Source of the DNA: Candidatus Moranbacteria bacterium GW2011_GWE2_35_2-
Lineage (GTDB): Bacteria; Patescibacteriota; Minisyncoccia; Moranbacterales; UBA9337
Length of the DNA: 64,000 bases
Reading direction: 5' to 3'
Assembly: GCA_000990585.1 (NCBI GenBank)
Contig: LBQD01000002.1
Span: 56,016 to 120,015 of the forward strand
Part shown: piece after piece, positions 50,036 through 58,728 of the stretch
How the letters are laid out: each line of letters begins with the position of its first letter
Position numbering within the stretch: position 1 is the first letter of the stretch
Translations under genes and position numbers: made by a program
The notes under the pieces: generated by a model
Told to the model about the DNA's origin: nothing
The model's input: only the letters and a program-made list of their open reading frames with translations
The model's database searches: none

Positions 50036-50368
50036 ATGAATATAGAAAGTATAAAAAAAATTAATTTTAAAAATAAAGCGAAAAATCTTTTTTCTATATG
50101 GGAAAAGTATAACAATATGATTTTTATTGTATTTTTTTGCGTACTTTCTACATACGGAGCATTTTTAATATATCAAAGCTTGTATGATTCTACATGGAAT
50201 GAAAATCAAAAAAAAGAGTATATTTTGTCGCAACAAAAAAATATTAATTTTAATGAAGGTAAGTTGATGGAAATTATAGATGAAACGAATAGAAAAAGAA
50301 ATGAATATGAAAAAAATGTATTCTTGGGAAAAGATATTTTTATTCAACCTTTATTGGAAGTGGAATAA
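50036..50368 (+). CDS. Small bitopic membrane protein, last gene of the pilus operon
   Basis: 110 aa with one TM (MIFIVFFCVLSTYGAFLIY); followed by terminator 50378-50403. Confidence 0.4.
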   Translation: MNIESIKKINFKNKAKNLFSIWEKYNNMIFIVFFCVLSTYGAFLIYQSLYDSTWNENQKKEYILSQQKNINFNEGKLMEIIDETNRKRNEYEKNVFLGKDIFIQPLLEVE

Positions 50369-50414
50369 TGTGAAAAATAAAAAACGGCAAATGCCGTTTT
50401 TTATTCATACTTTG

Positions 50415-50486
50415 TGCCCTTGTCAGGACTCGAACCTGAAATGCTTGGTCCGAAGCCAAGCGTGATATCCATTTCACCACAAGGGC
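50415..50486 (-). tRNA. tRNA-Arg (anticodon TCG)
   Basis: Reverse-strand cloverleaf GCCCTTGTGGTGAAATGGATATCACGCTTGG CT-TCG-GA CCAAG...GGTTCGAGTCCTGACAAGGGCA. Confidence 0.7.
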
Positions 50487-50500
50487 TGGAATATTTTTTT

Positions 50501-50573
50501 GGGCGAGTAGAGGGAATCGGACCCTCGTACCTGGTACCACAAACCAGTGTTCTACCATTGAACTATACCCGCC
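50501..50573 (-). tRNA. tRNA-His (anticodon GTG) with encoded G-1
   Basis: Reverse-strand G-GCGGGTATAGTTCAATGGTAGAAC...CTGGT TT-GTG-GT ACCAG...GGTCCGATTCCCTCTACTCGCC-C; the G-1:C73 pair is characteristic of tRNA-His. Confidence 0.75.
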
Positions 50574-50687
50574 ATCTGATATTTTAAATTTCAAATTGTT
50601 CTACCTCAACCTTGTTTTATTATTGCTTGTCCGCCTTTGGAGGAAACTATACCCGCCATGGAAACTATACCCGCCATCTGATATTTC

Positions 50688-50759
50688 GTACCCTCGCCAG
50701 GAATCGAACCTAGATAACCAGCTTAGAAGGCTGGTGTTCTATCCATTGAACTACGAGGG
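50688..50759 (-). tRNA. tRNA-Arg (anticodon TCT)
   Basis: Reverse-strand GCCCTCGTAGTTCAATGGATAGAACACCAGC CT-TCT-AA GCTGG...GGTTCGATTCCTGGCGAGGGTA. Confidence 0.7.
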
Positions 50760-50822
50760 CTTTGTGTATCCAGAGGGATTCCCACTCTTGCGAGTGGTCG
50801 CCCGAGAGGGCGAGAACCTTTG

Positions 50823-50895
50823 TGCATCCAGAGGGATTCGAACCCCCGACCATATCCTTAAGAGGGATCTGCTCTACCGACTGAGCTATGGATGC
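50823..50895 (-). tRNA. tRNA-Lys (anticodon CTT)
   Basis: Reverse-strand GCATCCATAGCTCAGTCGGTAGAGCAGATCC CT-CTT-AA GGAT...GGTTCGAATCCCTCTGGATGCA. Confidence 0.7.
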
Positions 50896-50938
50896 ATAAG
50901 ACAGTAATGATTTTATCAGTAAAAAAACAATTAGTCAA

Positions 50939-52198
50939 TTAAATCCCATTGGCTTTTTTGTATTCATTCCATTGTTTTTTCGACCAATCTTCGGGTTTTT
51001 CTGTTAGTTTACTTTCTTGCCCAGGATGTGGATATTTATTCGGTGAATCATAGTTACTACGAAAGGTTTCATCTAAAACAACTTTTCCATTGAGCGAGGT
51101 TACTTTTTGGGTAAAATAGGTTTTCATTGAACTATCAGGATTTCTTTCCGTAATATGCGGACCGTCAATTTTTACAACTCTTCCGTCATCAGTTCCATAA
51201 AATTGAAAAATTAATTCTGTCCCATTTAATTTTGTTTGAATCAAAATATTTCCCGGAGTGTTGTTAATAAAACGTAAATCCGGGAGAGGAACATAAATTG
51301 TGGCATCCATACCTTGGGGATTATAGTAAGAAACCGGATAAGCGTGATTTCTGCGCGCGGTTATTTCTAATCCACTATAAATAGCGGCGCGAAAAACGGT
51401 AGTGGAAACTTGGCAAATTCCGCCTCCAAATTCCGGCTCTGTTTTGTCATTTTTAATTACTAATTCCGGAAGGTATCCATGTTCTCCATCAACTTCACCT
51501 AAAATTTCAACAAAAGAAAATTCTTCCCCTGGAGCGAGTAATATTCCGTCGAATCTGCCGGTAGCCACTTTGATATTATGAATTCTGTTTTTAGGTGAGC
51601 CGCTAAAATTTGATTTTCCTTCCCCTATAAGATTATTTATTCCTAATTGTGAAATTTTATCTTCTTTTATCTTTGGCTCAATTTCAGTAAATGGTAATGT
51701 TATTTCTTTTGTTAAAGTTTTTTTTTCACCAATCATTGCGGATAATAGTTGGATACTTTTTGCAATGTCAAGATGGATGCCATTTTTACCGGGCGCAAAC
51801 GCAACAACTTTTTCATTTTTTATTTCTAACTTTGCATTTACGGGGTCTTTATCACAACGCCTTGCTAAGTCAGTAAGGAATGTTTCTATTTTATTATGGT
51901 TAACTTTTTGAATGTCTATGTTTTTCAAATGGTATTTTTTTTCAATGTCTTGGGAAAAAAAACAAAAAAAATCTTGCGAGTGGCAAAAATTTATATTTTC
52001 AATTTCAGAATTATAAGAATTTTTATAAACTAATTTTGTTGATATTTCAACCCATTCCGAGATTTCTTTTTTAGAAATTTCTTCTTCAAAGCTCGATACT
52101 TTCAAGATAATATTTTCTGATTCCATGGTTGCTAAAACTGGACATAGTGGTATGCCGATAAAAAAAACAAACAAACTGATTTTGATGTATAGTCTCAT
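50939..52198 (-). CDS. VanW-family protein (secreted; N-terminal signal/TM)
   Basis: VanW signature EFGGGICQVSTTVFRAAIYSGLEITARRNHAYPVSYY...GMDATI. Confidence 0.75.
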   Translation of the reverse strand: MRLYIKISLFVFFIGIPLCPVLATMESENIILKVSSFEEEISKKEISEWVEISTKLVYKNSYNSEIENINFCHSQDFFCFFSQDIEKKYHLKNIDIQKVNHNKIETFLTDLARRCDKDPVNAKLEIKNEKVVAFAPGKNGIHLDIAKSIQLLSAMIGEKKTLTKEITLPFTEIEPKIKEDKISQLGINNLIGEGKSNFSGSPKNRIHNIKVATGRFDGILLAPGEEFSFVEILGEVDGEHGYLPELVIKNDKTEPEFGGGICQVSTTVFRAAIYSGLEITARRNHAYPVSYYNPQGMDATIYVPLPDLRFINNTPGNILIQTKLNGTELIFQFYGTDDGRVVKIDGPHITERNPDSSMKTYFTQKVTSLNGKVVLDETFRSNYDSPNKYPHPGQESKLTEKPEDWSKKQWNEYKKANGI

Positions 52199-52288
52199 AT
52201 TATACAGAATAAATTAAAAATTGCTTTTTAACAAGAAAACGCCAGTTTGATAAATGGCGTTTTCTTTGTTCGTTGATTTTTTTAAATA

Positions 52289-52828
52289 TTAAAACCCTCG
52301 AACTTGAATTCTTTTTACTTGGTTAGTTGCAGCCTTGGGAAGTTTGATAGTAAGAATTCCGTTTTTAAGCGAGGCTTCTGATTTGTCAGGAAGAACATCG
52401 ACTGGTAAAACAACCGAACGAGAAAACGATCCCCAATAGCATTCTTGATAGTAGTAATTCTCTTCTTCGATATCTTCTTCGGTTTTTCTTTCTCCTTTGA
52501 TGGTTACCATATCATTATTAATGGAAACTTCCAGATCTTCGGGTTTTACTCCGGCTATTGTTGATTTTATAATAATGTCATTATCAGTTTGATAAACATC
52601 GATTGTAAGTTGACCTTCTCCGTCATTGTCTCCGGTGTCATCATTACTCCATTGACGTTCCTCGTTTTGTACTCGCGCTTGATTTCGAAAAGGGTTATTG
52701 CTAGGCATTGTTATTTCTGATTCCTCGTCTTCGGAAAAAACATTCATTGCGCCCATTTCTCTTTCGTCATTTTCAATTCTTTTGGATCCAGTAAGTCTTT
52801 CCAGAAATGATTTTTTTTCTTTAGTCAT
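52289..52828 (-). CDS. Hsp20/alpha-crystallin family small heat-shock protein
   Basis: ACD region GQLTIDVYQTDNDIIIKSTIAGVKPEDLEVSINNDMVTIKGERK...GSFSRSVVLP...GILTIKLPK. Confidence 0.8.
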   Translation of the reverse strand: MTKEKKSFLERLTGSKRIENDEREMGAMNVFSEDEESEITMPSNNPFRNQARVQNEERQWSNDDTGDNDGEGQLTIDVYQTDNDIIIKSTIAGVKPEDLEVSINNDMVTIKGERKTEEDIEEENYYYQECYWGSFSRSVVLPVDVLPDKSEASLKNGILTIKLPKAATNQVKRIQVRGF

Positions 52829-52920
52829 ATTTTTAAATTTTTCTTAATTTTTTTCTTATGCGCTTTTAGATGCATAAACCTTCGCATCTTTCCAGCATTC
52901 TTATTATAATTTGAAAGCGG

Positions 52921-53484
52921 TTATGATGCAAGTTTGTGTTTGGCTGTGAATAAGTTCCAGATATTGAGCAAAATAATTATGGCAAGTAGAAGAGGGATAG
53001 CTAATGGGAATGTTTTTTCTCCCAACAGGACAATTAAATTGTATAAGGAATGAATGAAGAATGTGAATAAAACGGGTTTTAGGGTGATTTTGTTTGGAAT
53101 TGAATAATATGCGATTATGCCAAAAGTGGCAATATGCAGAATGGCTATTTGTATTAATATTTGAGTGGTAAAAAATTCCAAAGGAGAAAAATTGTAAATA
53201 AAAGTCAATTCAACAAAAGAAAATCCTGCTCCGGCAATAAAAGTATTCAATAGTGCCGATTTTTCTTTGGAATATAGCAGGATTTTTTTTGAAATTATGA
53301 TGTATTTTGATATTTCCTCAATCAAGACAAATAGGAAAATAGAAAAGGAAAAATGAGTAAAAACAGTTGAAAAATAGGCAGGGGAGAATATTATTCCGAG
53401 AAAAGTTTGCAATAGAATTTCTGCAATTAAAGCAAAGCCAGCGGCAAAAATTCCCCAGAAAAAAGATTGAATTATTTTTTGCAT
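52921..53484 (-). CDS. Polytopic membrane protein, possible PrsW/CPBP-type intramembrane protease
   Basis: EExxK-like LIEEISKY, a FxxxH-like motif and HxxxN (FIHSLYNL), spaced across predicted TM helices. Confidence 0.4.
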   Translation of the reverse strand: MQKIIQSFFWGIFAAGFALIAEILLQTFLGIIFSPAYFSTVFTHFSFSIFLFVLIEEISKYIIISKKILLYSKEKSALLNTFIAGAGFSFVELTFIYNFSPLEFFTTQILIQIAILHIATFGIIAYYSIPNKITLKPVLFTFFIHSLYNLIVLLGEKTFPLAIPLLLAIIILLNIWNLFTAKHKLAS

Positions 53485-53488
53485 TTTA

Positions 53489-56191
53489 TTATTTCAATTT
53501 CTCAAGATATTTTTCCAGCTCGGAGATTTTTATTTGCGCTTCTTTTAATTTTTTCTGTTCTTGCGCGACAATTTGGGCGGGCGCTTTTTGAACGAAAGAT
53601 TTGTTGTTTAATCTGCTTTCCATATCTGAAATATATTTTTTTAGATTTTCAATTTCTTTTTCGGCAGCGGTTTTTTCTTTTTGAATGTCGATCAATCCTT
53701 CCAGTGGAATAAAAATGTTGACTCCGGCAACAACTGTATGAGCGCAGTCGCTTGGTTTTTCTCCAGTTTCAATAATTTCAATTTTTTCAACTCCGGTGCG
53801 AAGATTTTTGATTAAATTTTCTTGAGAATTAAGCAAGTCTTTATTTTTTATCAAGCCAAATTCTACGGAATTTTTTGTGTCAAAAACAACTTTTATTTTT
53901 TTACCGGGTTCGATTTTGTTTTCACTGCGTAAGTTCCGAATGGCGATTATAATTTCTTTTATCAGATCAAATCTCATTTCGTCCGTTTGGGTTGCACTAG
54001 CAAGTTTCCAATAGCTTTCTTTTTCAGGATATTTTTCCGATATAAGCAGGGTTTCTTTCCCTAAAATACTCCAAATATTTTCCGTGACAAAAGGGGCGTA
54101 AGGGTGAATAATTTTCAAAATATCTTCCAGTAGCATGTTTAAGATGATATTTTTTTCCGTTTTATTGTTTTCAAATTTGCTTACTTCAACATACCAATCG
54201 GCGAAATCATTCCAAACAAATTCTCTTATTTTTTCTATTGCCAGGGAAAAATTATAAGTTTCTATTTCATTTATTATTTCTTCAATCAGATTCGACATTT
54301 TCTGCAATATCCAAAAGTCCGCCAAAGTCAGCTTGTTTTTGTTCAATTCCTGATTTATGATTTTCGATTCCTGATTTTTATTGATGATATATCGGCTAAT
54401 GTTCCAAAGTTTATTGATGAAATTTCGGGCGCTTTCGATTTTTTCTTGGTAAAATTTACTGTCGCTTCCCGGAGAAATTCCTGAAATTAAACTAAGACGA
54501 AGTGCGTCCGTTCCATATTTTTTTGAAATATCAATCGGATCGATGTTATTTCCGGCTGATTTGGAAAATTTGTCTCCTTTTTCATTGCGAAGCATTCCGT
54601 GAATGTAGACATTTTTAAAAGGGATTTCATTCAGGCAATAGGTGCTCATTAAAATCATCCTTGCCATCCAAAAGAATAAAAGCTCCGAACCCATCTGCAT
54701 CCAGCTGGTTGGGTGGAAAATTCCCCTTTCTTTTTCGGTGAGGGTGGAAAATGTCCAAAGTCCACTGGAAAACCAAGTATCAAGGGTGTCCGGATCTTGT
54801 TTTACAGTGCCTCCGCAGAGGGGACATTTCTCCATGTCGGATCCGCTTACGAAAGGTTTTTGACAATCCGGATTTTGGCAATACCAAACAGGGAGTCTAT
54901 GCCCCCACCAAACTTGGCGGGAAATGCACCAATCGCGCAAATTATCAATCCAATTGAAATATATTTTCTCAAATCTGCTCGGAGTTATGGTTATTTTTTG
55001 CGTGCTTTCATTATTCAGTCCTGTTTCGACAGCTTCTTTCATCAATTCTTTAAGGGTTTTGTTTTTGCCGGGAATTTTTTTGTTGACGGCGACAAACCAT
55101 TGAGTCATTGGCAGAACCTCCACGATATCCCCAAAACGGTCGGAAGTGCTGACATTTTGCGTAATTTCTTCTTCTTTTTCGAGTAGTCCTGCGCTTTTTA
55201 TCCACGCAACTATTTTTTCTCTAGCTTCTTTGACAACGAAGTTTTGATATTGACCCGCTTTTTCGTTCATTTTTCCATTTTGGTCGATAACCTGAATAAG
55301 TTTAATTTCATTGCCGGCCGAAATTTGTTTTTCGCGCATTTCGAAATCAACCATTGAGTGAGCGGGTGTTACGCCAACCGCTCCGGTTCCAAAATTCATA
55401 TCAACCGAATCTTCGGCAATAATTTTTATTTTCAAATCGATTCCGCTTCCGGCAAAGTCATGAACTTCAAATGTTTGCCCGATATATTTTACGTACCTTT
55501 CGTCTTTCGGATTGACTGCAACGGCGGTGTCGCCCAGTTTTGTTTCCGGACGGGTGGTGGCGATGGCAATCGGAAAGTTTTGGCAGTATTTGAAGGTATA
55601 TATTTTTCCAATTCTTTCTTTGTATTCAAGTTCATCGTCCGAGCAGGTGGATTGTCCTTTGACCGACCAATTAACCACGCGATGTCCTCGGTAAATGAGT
55701 CCGTCTGTGTACATTTTTTGAAAAACTTCATTAACTATTTTGCTTCGGGTTTCGTCGAAAGTGTATGCCAGACGCGACCAATCGCAACTCGTTCCCATTT
55801 TTCGGATTTGTTGCAAAATGGTGGATTTGGAATTCTCGGCAAAAGAACGAATTTCTTCCAAAAGTTTTTCCCGACCCAATTCTTTTCGCGGGTCTTTAAT
55901 TCCTCTTTCAATAAGAATTTTTTCCACTTTGGCCTGTGTGGCAACGGCCGCATGGTCAGTTCCGGGAAGAAGTAAAACCTTTTTCCCTTGCATTCTCTGG
56001 TAGCGAGCCATGATGTCCATCAGGGTATTTTCCATGGCGTGTCCCAAATGCAAAACACCGGTCACATTAGGAGGGGGCATCATGATTGAATAAGGCTCAC
56101 CTTCTAGGTTGTCCGGATTGAAAAAACCGGAATCTTCCCATTTTTGGTATATCCTATCCTCGTTTTCTTGAGGATCATATTGTTTTTCCAT
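53489..56191 (-). CDS. valS: Valyl-tRNA synthetase
   Basis: HIGH motif PPPNVTGVLHLGHA; KMSKS variant KFSKSAGN; editing domain; C-terminal coiled coil. Confidence 0.9.
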   Translation of the reverse strand: MEKQYDPQENEDRIYQKWEDSGFFNPDNLEGEPYSIMMPPPNVTGVLHLGHAMENTLMDIMARYQRMQGKKVLLLPGTDHAAVATQAKVEKILIERGIKDPRKELGREKLLEEIRSFAENSKSTILQQIRKMGTSCDWSRLAYTFDETRSKIVNEVFQKMYTDGLIYRGHRVVNWSVKGQSTCSDDELEYKERIGKIYTFKYCQNFPIAIATTRPETKLGDTAVAVNPKDERYVKYIGQTFEVHDFAGSGIDLKIKIIAEDSVDMNFGTGAVGVTPAHSMVDFEMREKQISAGNEIKLIQVIDQNGKMNEKAGQYQNFVVKEAREKIVAWIKSAGLLEKEEEITQNVSTSDRFGDIVEVLPMTQWFVAVNKKIPGKNKTLKELMKEAVETGLNNESTQKITITPSRFEKIYFNWIDNLRDWCISRQVWWGHRLPVWYCQNPDCQKPFVSGSDMEKCPLCGGTVKQDPDTLDTWFSSGLWTFSTLTEKERGIFHPTSWMQMGSELLFFWMARMILMSTYCLNEIPFKNVYIHGMLRNEKGDKFSKSAGNNIDPIDISKKYGTDALRLSLISGISPGSDSKFYQEKIESARNFINKLWNISRYIINKNQESKIINQELNKNKLTLADFWILQKMSNLIEEIINEIETYNFSLAIEKIREFVWNDFADWYVEVSKFENNKTEKNIILNMLLEDILKIIHPYAPFVTENIWSILGKETLLISEKYPEKESYWKLASATQTDEMRFDLIKEIIIAIRNLRSENKIEPGKKIKVVFDTKNSVEFGLIKNKDLLNSQENLIKNLRTGVEKIEIIETGEKPSDCAHTVVAGVNIFIPLEGLIDIQKEKTAAEKEIENLKKYISDMESRLNNKSFVQKAPAQIVAQEQKKLKEAQIKISELEKYLEKLK

Positions 56192-56411
56192 GATATTTTC
56201 TGCGAGCTACAAATAATATTTTTTCAATATTGTTATATTATCAGTAAACAAGGGAAAATTCAAGTAATTAGCTTTGCACGAGCTTTGTTTGACAAAAACC
56301 TTGGTGGGTGTAAAATATATATTCTGATTATGAAAGTTCTTTACACGGGTTAATTTGCGATTCAGGTTGCTTTAAATATATAAACCAAAAAACGATTAGG
56401 AGGACAGAAAA

Positions 56412-56885
56412 GTGGACAAAATACTAGAAGAGAAGGTCGGAAACGAATGGAATCCTATTGTTTACGTCGACCGCACTGGCCGTCCTGCGTATCCGGATTT
56501 CGTAAAAGAGGTAAAACATTTGAAGCTCGAGCTTGTCGGTCCTACGGATTTCGATGTAAGAAAAATTGAGCTGTGGCTTCACTCCAAGCAGGTGAATGGT
56601 TGTGCCATAGGCACCGAGATCTACGAAGATCTTCTTACCAAGAAATTGCTTGAAGGCTGTCTCGGTTTCGCTGATCTTCAGGTTATACAGGAGAGAGGTA
56701 TCGGATTTTTTAGGAAGTACTTTTTTGGTAAATCAGTGTTCGGCTGGAAGTCTGTCGTTCTGGATTGTCGTGGCAGACTCAATGTCCCATATCTCTTCGA
56801 GGGTGGCGACGAGGTGGAATTGTTATGGCGCTGGCTTGACGATGACTTCTATTCCCACAACCCTGCCTTGCGTTTTGCAAATTAG
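56412..56885 (+). CDS. Hypothetical protein (GC-rich singleton with GTG start and strong RBS)
   Basis: 157-aa ORF; AGGAGG at 56398-56403, 8 nt before GTG; GC about 48%; followed by terminator 56950-56986. Confidence 0.45.
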   Translation: MDKILEEKVGNEWNPIVYVDRTGRPAYPDFVKEVKHLKLELVGPTDFDVRKIELWLHSKQVNGCAIGTEIYEDLLTKKLLEGCLGFADLQVIQERGIGFFRKYFFGKSVFGWKSVVLDCRGRLNVPYLFEGGDEVELLWRWLDDDFYSHNPALRFAN

Positions 56886-57047
56886 CTCTCAAGATTTTGT
56901 TTTCTAGATCTAGCTCTCTTGAAAATTAGTCCTCGTGGCGAATTTTTTGAGCCTTACATTGAATATTCCATGTAAGGCTTTTTTTATGCTAAAACAAAAT
57001 AGTTATTAGTAAGACGTTTAGCTGATTACGATAAGAATTATGTAAGT

Positions 57048-58304
57048 TTATCCTAGTTTCAAATTCGCGTCGGCTTCCAGATTTTTCCAGTTTTGCTGGG
57101 CGTTTTCTTTTTCTTGGGCGGACATTTTTTGCCAGCGAAAAGCGGCGGCGCTAGCGATCATGGCGGCGTTGTCGCCGGTTAGTGAAATATCCGGAATTAT
57201 ATAGGAGGTGGCGGGTAATTTTTCTTCTATATTTTTTCCCAGTTGTTTGCGAAGCTCTTTATTGGCACTCACTCCACCGGCAAGCATTATTGTTTTGGGG
57301 TTGTACTGCTGGGCGGCTTTGATGGTTTTGTGGACAAGGACATCGATGGCGGCTTGCTGGAATTCACAAGCCATTTCTTCAATGACCAATGACCAATTAT
57401 CAATTTTCGATTTATTTTCTTGAAATTTTTTCATTTGGTACAAGACCGCGGTTTTAAGTCCGGAAAAAGAAAAATTGAAATCTTTCGAGTGTAGCATCGG
57501 ACGGGGCAGCTTTATTTTATGGGAAGAATTTGTTTTTGATTTTGAAATTTTGTCATTGGAAATTGTTTGGAAATTGGAAATTGGAAATTTGAAATTTGCA
57601 GCAGCAGCTGCTGCAATAGCTGGTCCTCCTGGATATCCCAAATCCAGAATTCTCGCCACTTTGTCAAAAGCTTCGCCGGCGGCATCATCCAATGTTTGTC
57701 CGACGATTTCATATTGCAGATGATCCTTCATCAAAACTAATTGCGTGTGGCCACCGGAAACGACCAAGCATAAGACAGGGAATTTTATACTGGAATTTTT
57801 AATTTTTAATTTGTAATTTTTATTGAATTTTAAATTATTTAATTTTGAACTAATATGTTTTTGTTTTGAAATTTGATTATTTGAACTTGAAAATTGTTTG
57901 GAAATTGGAAATTGAGAATTGGAAATTTCGCCAATGAAATTGGCGTATATGTGTCCTTCAATATGATGAATTCCAAGAAGCGGTTTTTTCCATTTGTATG
58001 CTAATGTCTTCGCGGTGTTGGTGCCGACAAGAAGTGCCGGAATAAGTCCCGGTCCGGCGGTAACGGCAATTAGGTCAATTTCTTTGGGAGTAATTTTAGT
58101 AGTGTCGAGAGCTTCTTTGAGGACGGGAAGAATATTTTTGAGATGTTCGCGCGCCGCCAAATTCGGCACTACGCCGCCCCATTTAGCATGAAGTTTTACT
58201 TGTGAAGAAACGATATTGGAAAGCACGTTCAAATTGTCATTATCAAAACTAATGACAGCAATCGCGGTTTCATCACAAGATGTTTCGATGGATAAAATAT
58301 TCAT
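57048..58304 (-). CDS. tsaD: tRNA N6-adenosine threonylcarbamoyltransferase TsaD (Kae1/Gcp family) with two low-complexity insertions
   Basis: SCDETAIAVI, HHIEGHIY, VVSGGHTQL, DDAAGEAFDKVARILDLGYPGGP, FSFSGLKTAV. Insertions (…ISNSQFPISKQFSSSNNQISKQKH…KIKNSSIKFP and AAAAAANFKFPISNFQTISNDKISKSKTNSSHKIKL) make it 418 aa versus a typical ~340. Confidence 0.85.
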   Translation of the reverse strand: MNILSIETSCDETAIAVISFDNDNLNVLSNIVSSQVKLHAKWGGVVPNLAAREHLKNILPVLKEALDTTKITPKEIDLIAVTAGPGLIPALLVGTNTAKTLAYKWKKPLLGIHHIEGHIYANFIGEISNSQFPISKQFSSSNNQISKQKHISSKLNNLKFNKNYKLKIKNSSIKFPVLCLVVSGGHTQLVLMKDHLQYEIVGQTLDDAAGEAFDKVARILDLGYPGGPAIAAAAAANFKFPISNFQTISNDKISKSKTNSSHKIKLPRPMLHSKDFNFSFSGLKTAVLYQMKKFQENKSKIDNWSLVIEEMACEFQQAAIDVLVHKTIKAAQQYNPKTIMLAGGVSANKELRKQLGKNIEEKLPATSYIIPDISLTGDNAAMIASAAAFRWQKMSAQEKENAQQNWKNLEADANLKLG

Positions 58305-58405
58305 ATATCTATTCTAACATAAAACCGCCCTCAGGCGGCTCATTTTGGTAGCGCTACGGAGAATCCCAGTCCGCTGGTCACCCGTCAGGGAGAGAACTCC
58401 TCTTG

Positions 58406-58480
58406 ATGGTAGCGCTACGGAGAATCGAACTCCGGTTACCAGGATGAAAACCTGGTGTCCTAACCACTAGACGATAGCGC
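58406..58480 (-). tRNA. tRNA-Glu (anticodon TTC), CCA encoded
   Basis: Reverse-strand GGCGCTATCGTCTAGTGGTTAGGACACCAGG TT-TTC-AT CCTGG TAAC CGGAG TTCGATT CTCCG TAGCGCT A CCA. Confidence 0.75.
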
Positions 58481-58728
58481 CTTGCATATTATGTTTATAT
58501 CATCAAAAACCTAATTTTTAATAATATTTTTCTTATTTGATAATCTCTCCTTTGAGCATCGAGGATGCCACCCTGGCGGGTGGTCACCTGTTAGGGTGAA
58601 AAACCTGGTGTCCTAACCACTAGACGATAGCGCCAAAATTGAAATTTAACTTTATCCAGCATAACACAGATAAAAAATAAATCAAGGGTTAGTGGCAGAT
58701 TTTTTATTTTGGGTGTAAAATTACAATT

